From: Clostridium sp.
Lineage (GTDB): Bacteria; Bacillota; Clostridia; Clostridiales; Clostridiaceae
Direction: 5' to 3'
NCBI RefSeq assembly: GCF_051654825.1
Contig: NZ_JBOFYU010000035.1
Coordinates: forward strand, 2,081-66,080
Length of the DNA stretch: 64,000 nt
The notes under the pieces are model-generated. The model was not told where the DNA came from and made no database searches. It was given only the letters and a program-made list of their open reading frames with translations. Made by a program: the position numbers and the translations under genes. Numbering within the stretch: position 1 is the first letter of the stretch; each line of letters opens with the position of its first letter. This document shows positions 56,586-64,000 of the stretch, piece by piece.

Positions 56586-56614
56586 TTGACATCAGTAGAA
56601 ATATGTCGTATTAT
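56586..56614 (+). promoter_or_regulatory. SigA promoter with no downstream ORF
   Basis: TTGACA-17 nt-TATTAT. Confidence 0.7.
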
Positions 56615-56620
56615 AAAGAT

Positions 56621-56708
56621 GGTTATTGACCATATAACCTCTCATAAATTCTCAATACCCTTTTATACCATAGTTGAAAGATGGAAACCCACCATCTTTC
56701 TTTTTTTT
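56621..56708 (+). ncRNA. Candidate trans-acting small RNA, about 88 nt
   Basis: Promoter, 6-bp 5' hairpin, C/U-rich single strand, 9-bp terminator stem followed by T8. Confidence 0.6.
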
Positions 56709-56767
56709 ATAAATATTTATATATGTTATATATATTAAAATAAAATACTATTTATGCTTAATTACAT

Positions 56768-56802
56768 AAAAAAAAGAATCTCGCTAAGCGAGATTCTTTT
56801 TT
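56768..56802 (-). terminator. Terminator of veg
   Basis: AAAAAGAATCTCGC/GCGAGATTCTTTTT. Confidence 0.8.
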
Positions 56803-57037
56803 ATATAGCAAAATATAATTGCACAGTCTTTGTCAATACATCTGAGTAACTGTATGTAACAGTTCTATCATTGTCAGTTTCTAATCTTACTACAAAAATA
56901 CTTGGATAAGTACTTTCAATTACTCCGTTGTTTACTAGGATCTTCTTTCTTCCACCATTTGCTTTAAGAGTTACTTTTTCGCCTAAGTGATCCTCTATGT
57001 CTCTCTTTATAGTGGCAATAGTTTTTAACTTTTCCAT
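56801..57037 (-). CDS. veg: Veg family protein
   Basis: LKANGGRKK...G....TYPSIFVV...TYSYSDVLT. Confidence 0.93.
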   Translation of the reverse strand: MEKLKTIATIKRDIEDHLGEKVTLKANGGRKKILVNNGVIESTYPSIFVVRLETDNDRTVTYSYSDVLTKTVQLYFAI

Positions 57038-57060
57038 ATAAACACCTTCTTTCTGTATTT

Positions 57061-57130
57061 ATTATACACTTATTTCCTTTTTATGTCAATCAAAATTTAC
57101 ATTTTACCACTTTTATAAGCATTTTGTCAA
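57061..57130 (-). promoter_or_regulatory. Tandem SigA promoters of veg
   Basis: TTGACA-17-TATAAT (57089-57061) and TTGACA-18-TAAAAT (57130-57101). Confidence 0.75.
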
Positions 57131-57277
57131 TGTAAACTTTTAACTTACTATAAATAACTTTCCTCTATTATTATTTCTAATATATTTTTTTTTATTCAGA
57201 TTATTAATATTTATTTGCAATACAAAAATTGACTGCACACATACTAAACTTTTGTTAGCAGCCAATATGATTATTAC

Positions 57278-58162
57278 TTATATATATTTTGACTTAGGGT
57301 ATCCTTCCCTGTACTTCCCTCTAGTTTGAAGCCCTCCTATTCCCTTTATGCCCGTAATTGTATTATCAATCACATCTGTTATAGATACAACTTTATCTAT
57401 TCTTGTATATGCAATTTTTTCACATACAAATACAGGATCTAAACAATGAATCAAAACTCTATTTGGTGAACTAGCAAAATTTGCTCCTGCATCTAACATA
57501 CATTCATAACAACTTTGGCAAGCTCCTGCAAAAATAACCAATTCATCATAGCTTGAATTATAATTTCTTAATAGTCTCACTGCTTCCATATAGTACTTTG
57601 AATTTCTATAATTATCTAAGTTTAAATAATCATCTGTTGTTTTAAGTACACCATCATGCCCAGTTAAAACAACTATATCTGGTTTTACTTCCTTTACTAG
57701 TTCTAAAATTTTTTCGGGCTGCTCTCTTTCCGATATCGATACACCAACTGCTTCTAGAGATAATTGTTTATATACCTTTAAACAAGTTTCTAAATATTGA
57801 CTATCACCATCAACATGAAGAATTTTTCCTGGTCTCCCAAACATTAAATTTTTATCTGTAGATGCCTTGTGATTTTTATTGCCTCTATTTTCTATACATT
57901 TCATAGCCTCAGTATCCCCCCTAAGAGATATAGCTTTTTTTATAGCAGAGCTCACCCTAGTATTTAATATTTTTTCCTTTTTTCCAATAAAATTATCATC
58001 TACTTTTTCTAAATCATCCTTTTTTGAATCTGCAATAATCCTAATACTTATTCCTTTTAAAATATACACTGGATTACCATCTTCATCCTCTCTTATATCG
58101 ATAATTTTAAAAGTAATATCCTTATCATATGATTTTCTAACAACTAAGTCACCTATAACCAC
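57278..58162 (-). CDS. yabG: Sporulation-specific protease YabG
   Basis: GD.V.RKSY..DI.F, LTGHD, FAGACQS, GANFASSP.RVLIH. Confidence 0.95.
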   Translation of the reverse strand: MVIGDLVVRKSYDKDITFKIIDIREDEDGNPVYILKGISIRIIADSKKDDLEKVDDNFIGKKEKILNTRVSSAIKKAISLRGDTEAMKCIENRGNKNHKASTDKNLMFGRPGKILHVDGDSQYLETCLKVYKQLSLEAVGVSISEREQPEKILELVKEVKPDIVVLTGHDGVLKTTDDYLNLDNYRNSKYYMEAVRLLRNYNSSYDELVIFAGACQSCYECMLDAGANFASSPNRVLIHCLDPVFVCEKIAYTRIDKVVSITDVIDNTITGIKGIGGLQTRGKYREGYPKSKYI

Positions 58163-58251
58163 ATTATACCTCTTATGATTATTAATTATCTTTTATTATA
58201 TGCAACTTATTTGAACATGTTCACAAAAAAAGTGCCTATGGCACTTTTTTA

Positions 58252-59250
58252 TTATAAAGAGTATCTAGTTTTAAATTGTTCTAAGAAGTTTAACCAATGC
58301 TCTTGCTCATTTATTATTCCTTCTATTTTATTACTAAATGTATTTTGCCCCCAGTTAACCTCATTATAATAATATCTATTAGCTAACCTCCAATATCTTT
58401 GTGGAAATTGAAGATATGCATATAATACCTTGTACTCTTCTTCTCTTAGAGGAGATATTTCATTATATGAGTCTATTATTCCACTGGCAAAATTAATGTC
58501 CCAATTTACTCTTTTTAATACTTTAATCATAAAATTTGAAATATCAAAGGATCTTATTTCTCTTTTACAATAATCAAAATCAATAATATGGGTGTTTTCA
58601 TTTTCCCCTAGTATTATATTATGATAGGTATAATCATGATGACAAAAGCTCTTATCTGTTTCTGCCATTTCACAAAGCTCATAATAATTTGATTCAACCA
58701 AAGTATCTAATGCTTTCTTTCCCATTTCTTTATAAAATTCCATTGATTTAAGATATAATAAATCGAAGTTATTTTTACTATTCTTTTTTCTTACCATGTC
58801 TCTCATTTTATCTAGAGACTTTATTCTTTTTGTCATAAGGTGAGGCCATCTACCTAAGTCACTTTTTAATTTTGAGTTTTCTGGTGGATCGTATCCCTTT
58901 GAGGCTTCGTGCATTCTCGCTAATGTTTTTGCTGCAAGCTTAACCTCATCTATGTTATGAAAGTCACATTCTCTTCCATCTAACCACTCTGATAAAGTAT
59001 ATAAATCTTCATTTACTAGAGCATATGGCTCTCCTTCTATGTTTAAAAAATATTTATCTACACCTTCAAATCCATTATTTATTAAGTGTTCCTTAGCACC
59101 ATAAACAAACAATAATTTTTGAGGACCATAATTTATTTTCTTTAAACATCGCTCTCCCTTATTTGTCTTCAGATAGTACACCCCTTTGTTAGCCTTTATA
59201 ACTTCGATTTTAATATCAAATTGTCTTTCTATTTCAAATTCTCTCATCAT
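58252..59250 (-). CDS. cotS: CotS family spore coat kinase-like protein
   Basis: CLKKI, FCHHDY.YHN, IIDFDY, LQFPQRYW. Confidence 0.9.
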   Translation of the reverse strand: MMREFEIERQFDIKIEVIKANKGVYYLKTNKGERCLKKINYGPQKLLFVYGAKEHLINNGFEGVDKYFLNIEGEPYALVNEDLYTLSEWLDGRECDFHNIDEVKLAAKTLARMHEASKGYDPPENSKLKSDLGRWPHLMTKRIKSLDKMRDMVRKKNSKNNFDLLYLKSMEFYKEMGKKALDTLVESNYYELCEMAETDKSFCHHDYTYHNIILGENENTHIIDFDYCKREIRSFDISNFMIKVLKRVNWDINFASGIIDSYNEISPLREEEYKVLYAYLQFPQRYWRLANRYYYNEVNWGQNTFSNKIEGIINEQEHWLNFLEQFKTRYSL

Positions 59251-59355
59251 AGTGCTCACCCCCTCTATATTTATATGTATATAATCATTCTTTTATTAAC
59301 ATTTTTTAACTATATATAATATAATAAATTAAAACCAATGTGAAAGGATTAAATC

Positions 59356-60477
59356 ATGATAATAGGTATAGATGGAAGAGCGGCCAAATGGTATAGAGGT
59401 ACTGGTATAGGAACATATACCTATCAACTAATATCAAATTTAAATAAAGTTGATTCAAAAAATAATTATTCAATATTTCTACCTGAGGGCTCCGCTCTTA
59501 ACTTAGGTGATAATTTTTCAGTGGAATCTGTAAAAGCTATGTCCAATAATAATTTTTGGGAGGAGGTACAAGTTCCTAACATCTTTAATAGTGATACTAC
59601 GGATCTTTATCATGTGCCCCAAAACGGAGTAGGACTTTCATCTAAGATAAAATGCCCTACTGTTATTACTTTGCATGATATAATCCCCCTAAAGATGCCT
59701 AAAACAGTTAGTGATAGATATCTTAAAATTTTTAATGAAAAACTTCCTGAAATTATAAGTAACTGTAATGGAATAATAACAGTTTCAGAGTTTTCAAAAA
59801 AAGATATTGCCAAAGAATTTGGATTTCCAGAATCTAAAATATTTGTTACACATCTTGCAGCAGAAGAAATATATAAACCCCTAGATAAAGTGAGCTGCAA
59901 GAAAATAATTGAAACTGAATATGGTATAAAAGATAAGTTTATTCTTTATGTTGGAGGATTTAGCCCCCGAAAAAATATAATTGGTCTTATAGAATCATTT
60001 TCACTTTTGAACAATGAAATTAAAAATAACTTAAAGTTAATTATTACAGGCAAAAAAGGATTGTCCTATGATATATATAAAAAACGGGCAGAGGATTTAA
60101 AAATTTCTGATTCTGTAATTTTTACCGATTTTATTCCCCTTGAAAAACTTCCTATTTTCTATAATGCATCTGAATTACTAGTTTATCCTTCTTTTTATGA
60201 AGGATTTGGACTACCACCACTTGAAGCTATGGCTTGTGGTACTCCTGTAATATCTTCAAATATTACATCATTACCTGAAGTTTGTAACAATTCTGCACTT
60301 CTAGTTAACCCATATGATGTTGTAGAACTATCAATTTCTATAGAAAAAGTTATTAATGATAATATACTTAGAGAAAATATGATTAATAGTGGATTTATTA
60401 CAAGTTCTTATTTTTCATGGGAAAAAACAGCTTTAAAAACTATTCACTCTTATAAAAAAATTATAAATACTCTCTGA
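59356..60477 (+). CDS. Glycosyltransferase family 4
   Basis: [33 protein letters not shown]. Confidence 0.92.
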   Translation: MIIGIDGRAAKWYRGTGIGTYTYQLISNLNKVDSKNNYSIFLPEGSALNLGDNFSVESVKAMSNNNFWEEVQVPNIFNSDTTDLYHVPQNGVGLSSKIKCPTVITLHDIIPLKMPKTVSDRYLKIFNEKLPEIISNCNGIITVSEFSKKDIAKEFGFPESKIFVTHLAAEEIYKPLDKVSCKKIIETEYGIKDKFILYVGGFSPRKNIIGLIESFSLLNNEIKNNLKLIITGKKGLSYDIYKKRAEDLKISDSVIFTDFIPLEKLPIFYNASELLVYPSFYEGFGLPPLEAMACGTPVISSNITSLPEVCNNSALLVNPYDVVELSISIEKVINDNILRENMINSGFITSSYFSWEKTALKTIHSYKKIINTL

Positions 60478-60514
60478 TTTAACAAAGGGCATCTAATAAG
60501 ATGCCCTTTACTTT

Positions 60515-61567
60515 CTAATAAAAATATTTTTCAAATCTAAATATGAAATTCTCTAAAAATTCTTTTCTATATACTTCATTTGATAGCTTATTATTAAATC
60601 TACTTAAAAATACCTCTTGCTCCCATGTTTTTTGTTTATAATAGTAATCTCTAACTATAGTTACAAAGTCTTTTGGAAATGTCATTAACGCATATAAAAC
60701 CTTTACTTCATCACTACTTATTTCAGATATGCTATTATATGCATTAAATATAATTTCTACTTTTTCACTATCGTAAGCTAAATTCTTTATTACTTTTATA
60801 ATATAGTTGGTTATATCTACTATTCTCATATCAATATTACAATAATCAAAATCTATTATCTCAACATTCTCTCCATCAATAATAAAATTATGATGTGCCA
60901 AATCATTATGACATAATACTCTTTTTTCTTTATCATTTAATAACACATTATAATTTGATACTGACAAAAGCTCAATTGATCTTTTTATATACTCTATACT
61001 ACTATCTACATTTTCTAAAAACAACTTATCAAATTTATTTTTATATTTAAATTTTTCTACAAATGCCTTTAAATCTAACATATCTTTTAATGATTTCTTA
61101 AATTCTTCTGGAACATAAGCTCCAACATTTCCCTTTATTATATTGCTATCTAACTCATCAAATATATATTTAGAAGCTTCATGCATATTAGCCATTGCTT
61201 TAGCACACATTTCAATTTCTATTGGATTGTTAAATCCTGCTTCTCTTCCATCTATCATATCTAACAGAACATAAGTTTCACCATTCCATTTTATATATAT
61301 TTCTCCATGTTTATTTTTATAATATTTTAACACATGCGAATATTTATTCGATACATACTCTAATGCCGTATCTATAAATTTAAGCTTAGCTTCGGATGAG
61401 TTAACTAATTTTAAAATTTTTCTTCCTTCAGATGTTGTTAAAATAAATATTTTTCTTAATGGAATTACATCAGTTACCTCAATACCTAACTCACTAAAAA
61501 ACTCTTCACTTAAGTCATATTTACACAATATATTTTTTTCAATATATCTTGTTTTATTAACCAACAA
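60515..61567 (-). CDS. CotS family spore coat protein
   Basis: LCHNDLAHHN, IIDFDY, TFPKDF. Confidence 0.88.
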   Translation of the reverse strand: MLVNKTRYIEKNILCKYDLSEEFFSELGIEVTDVIPLRKIFILTTSEGRKILKLVNSSEAKLKFIDTALEYVSNKYSHVLKYYKNKHGEIYIKWNGETYVLLDMIDGREAGFNNPIEIEMCAKAMANMHEASKYIFDELDSNIIKGNVGAYVPEEFKKSLKDMLDLKAFVEKFKYKNKFDKLFLENVDSSIEYIKRSIELLSVSNYNVLLNDKEKRVLCHNDLAHHNFIIDGENVEIIDFDYCNIDMRIVDITNYIIKVIKNLAYDSEKVEIIFNAYNSISEISSDEVKVLYALMTFPKDFVTIVRDYYYKQKTWEQEVFLSRFNNKLSNEVYRKEFLENFIFRFEKYFY

Positions 61568-61577
61568 AATCCCTCCA

Positions 61578-62327
61578 CTAAATTATTATACTTTTCCCAT
61601 CTATAATCTTAGCCTTGCTAAAAAGATCAATATATTCATCTTCCGTTAGTAAGTCTCTTCCCCTTAAATACTTATCCCATACTTTTAAAGTTTCAAAAGG
61701 ATATGACGCTAATCCTTTTAAATATTCAATACTATCATTATTTAATAATGATTTTTGAACATAACTAACTATTAAAGATTCTAAGTCAATATCACTATTT
61801 CTTCTTCTTATCCTCTTTATATAGCTATACAAATCATTTTCAATTAAATTGTAAGTTAAATATTTTATTGATCCTATATTTAATCCACTATCAGTCTTTT
61901 TCAAGTTTCCTTGGTCAACTCTTACTAGGCATACTTCATAATTCCTCATGCTTCTTTTTATTAAATCCATATAATTGCTTTTTAAAACATGATTTATTGA
62001 TAGTTCACCCCTATTTATAAATTCCTTCCCATTTTTTATTATATATTCATCTACTATACTAGAACTTGCTATACTTTTTTTATAATTTAAATCCATATAT
62101 AATTTTTTTAGTTGAACCTTATAGGATTCTATATCCTTTCCAATAGATGACCCAACTCTAGGAAGTAAATTTTCAACATAAGGGTTAACTAAATTATGAA
62201 ACTCAACAATTAAGTCTAATTGTTTTGATATAGCTTCAGTAGTTGTTTTATCATCACCCTTAAAACTACTATCTAATATTTCTATATTTTTATTATAAAA
62301 ATATGAATATATGTCTTCTCGCTTTAT
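61578..62327 (-). CDS. Divergent CotS-related protein; start extended to a probable non-AUG codon
   Basis: Frame stays open 79 codons upstream of ATG 62096; AGGAGG lies 8 nt before ATA 62327. Confidence 0.6.
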   Translation of the reverse strand: MKREDIYSYFYNKNIEILDSSFKGDDKTTTEAISKQLDLIVEFHNLVNPYVENLLPRVGSSIGKDIESYKVQLKKLYMDLNYKKSIASSSIVDEYIIKNGKEFINRGELSINHVLKSNYMDLIKRSMRNYEVCLVRVDQGNLKKTDSGLNIGSIKYLTYNLIENDLYSYIKRIRRRNSDIDLESLIVSYVQKSLLNNDSIEYLKGLASYPFETLKVWDKYLRGRDLLTEDEYIDLFSKAKIIDGKSIII

Positions 62328-62343
62328 TTCAATCCCCTCCTAA

Positions 62344-63339
62344 TCACCTAAAAAAAGTATCTACAAATTCTTCCCTCTTTTCTCTATCCTTTAGATACTT
62401 ATTTATTTTATTTACCATAAATTCCTCTCCCCAAGGTTGTTGCTCCCAATAATATTGTAGACCTATTTGCCAAAATCCTTGTGGAAACCTTATAAACCCT
62501 TTAATTAACTTTAATTCCTCTTCATAAAGTGTATGTGTATTGCTATAACTATCTAATATAATATTTGCAATTTTATTATCCCAATTTCCACCCTTCATAG
62601 CTCTTATAAGTAATGATGATACGTCATGTAAATGTGAATCCAATATACAATAATCAAAATCTATTATATTTATGCAACTGTTCTCATCTATTAATATATT
62701 ATGATGAGCAAAATCATGGTGGCAAAACCCTCTTTTAACTACTTCCTTATCCATTATTTCCTTATACTTATTTTCCTTTAATTCTAAAATTGAATGAGCT
62801 CCCCTCCGTAATTCATCCTCCATTGCTTTTAGGTATATATTATCGAATTCAGATTTATATGCCTTTTGACTAATTCTTCTTTTAAAATCTAATATTTCTT
62901 CACACCTTGTTTCAAATACCTTTATCCAAGAATACCATCCAATTCTAGGTTTCATTCCCTCATCTAATATAAATCCTTCACTGCATTTATGAAGTTCACC
63001 CAACTTCTCTGATACTCTTTTTAATTCATCTAAATCTTCATATCTACTACTTCTCGATGAAATCCACTTTGTTAAATATGCATAATTTCCACCTAATTGG
63101 ATATATCCTCGATTATCCCGAGTATTAATTATTTCAGGTATTTTTTCAAATCCTTTATCTTGAAGATGTTTTATAGCTGAAAAAATAAAAGAAAAATGAG
63201 AGTACTGATACTTAACTATTTTTATACAGTAATCTCCCTCCTTAGTTTCTATCTTATATGTGTTTTTAACTTTTTCTATATTTACGATTTCTAATAAGTA
63301 GCTCTTTTCTAAGGTTTTTTTCAAATATAAAAGATCCAT
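62344..63339 (-). CDS. CotS family spore coat protein
   Basis: CIKIVKY, FCHHDFAHHN, IIDFDY, FPQGFWQ. Confidence 0.9.
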   Translation of the reverse strand: MDLLYLKKTLEKSYLLEIVNIEKVKNTYKIETKEGDYCIKIVKYQYSHFSFIFSAIKHLQDKGFEKIPEIINTRDNRGYIQLGGNYAYLTKWISSRSSRYEDLDELKRVSEKLGELHKCSEGFILDEGMKPRIGWYSWIKVFETRCEEILDFKRRISQKAYKSEFDNIYLKAMEDELRRGAHSILELKENKYKEIMDKEVVKRGFCHHDFAHHNILIDENSCINIIDFDYCILDSHLHDVSSLLIRAMKGGNWDNKIANIILDSYSNTHTLYEEELKLIKGFIRFPQGFWQIGLQYYWEQQPWGEEFMVNKINKYLKDREKREEFVDTFFR

Positions 63340-63492
63340 AAATATCTCCCCACTATTTCTAATTATTTATTATATGTTTCTTTTTATTTTAGTGTGTTTA
63401 TTATCACATAATTAAAATTTCAATAATATCTTGTTATATATATTTAATTTATTAATATCTATAATATATATGAAATAAAAGGAGGATACTTT

Positions 63493-64000
63493 ATGAAAAT
63501 TTCTATAGACGCTAGAGGAATTAATCTATACAGAGGAACTGGAATTGGAACATACACTGAAAATGTAGTTCGAGAATTACTTAATATAGATAAAAAAAAT
63601 AATTATACACTCTTTTGGACTGGTGAAAATTATTCAAATTACAAAACACAAAATAGTAAAATAGTCTTTTCCTCTAGAAAGCATGGGAGCTTTTATGAAA
63701 ATTTCTATTTTCCTAACTATACCCTTAATAATAATATTGATTTACATCATATACCTCAAAATGGTATAGGCTTAAACTCTAATTACTCAACTAATTGCAT
63801 AGTTACTCTTCACGATTTGATTCCATATGTATTACCACAAACAACTGGTAAGGGCTATCTTGCAAACTTTCTTAAAAATATGCCTACAATTATTGAATCT
63901 GCAAAAGGAATAATTACTGTATCTGAGTATTCAAAGCAAGATATATTAAAGTTTTTCAACGGATTTCCTGCTGATAAAATTTTTGTTACTCCTTTAGCTG
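63493..64000 (+). CDS. Glycosyltransferase family 4, 3'-truncated by the window edge
   Basis: Own translation [21 protein letters not shown]...HIPQNGIG...TLHDLIP; GGAGG SD. Confidence 0.88.
   Translation, partial: MKISIDARGINLYRGTGIGTYTENVVRELLNIDKKNNYTLFWTGENYSNYKTQNSKIVFSSRKHGSFYENFYFPNYTLNNNIDLHHIPQNGIGLNSNYSTNCIVTLHDLIPYVLPQTTGKGYLANFLKNMPTIIESAKGIITVSEYSKQDILKFFNGFPADKIFVTPLA

Overview
AT-rich, gene-dense core chromosomal segment of a spore-forming Clostridium (sensu stricto-like). Most genes are on the minus strand. From left to right it carries tsaE-tsaB-rimI, ribU with an FMN riboswitch, tex, an M28 peptidase, prfB (+1 frameshift), secA, hpf, a raiA-motif ncRNA, comFC, a comFA-like gene, recD2, nagA, metK with a SAM-I riboswitch, six tRNAs, yyaC, mbl, spoIIID, spoIIQ, spoIID, murA, the atp operon, thiolase, wecB, upp, rpiB, tsaC, prfA, prmC, tdk, rpmE, rho, pyrG, spoIIR, ispE, cyanophycin genes cphA/cphB, a SPOCS-LysM coat gene, veg, yabG and a cotS/glycosyltransferase cluster. 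I saw no mobile element, prophage or CRISPR array. The most interesting signals lie outside the ORF track: (1) a self-contained raiA RNA whose promoter is written into the last codons of comFC; (2) two unannotated plus-strand promoter-to-terminator units that look like small RNAs (about 56.62-56.71 kb and 47.84-47.93 kb); (3) a CotS-like gene with a 79-codon upstream extension that has no standard start codon; (4) a Walker-A-less ComFA-like protein; (5) an Asn-rich duplicated insert in Rho. All product names come from motif recognition, with no database search.
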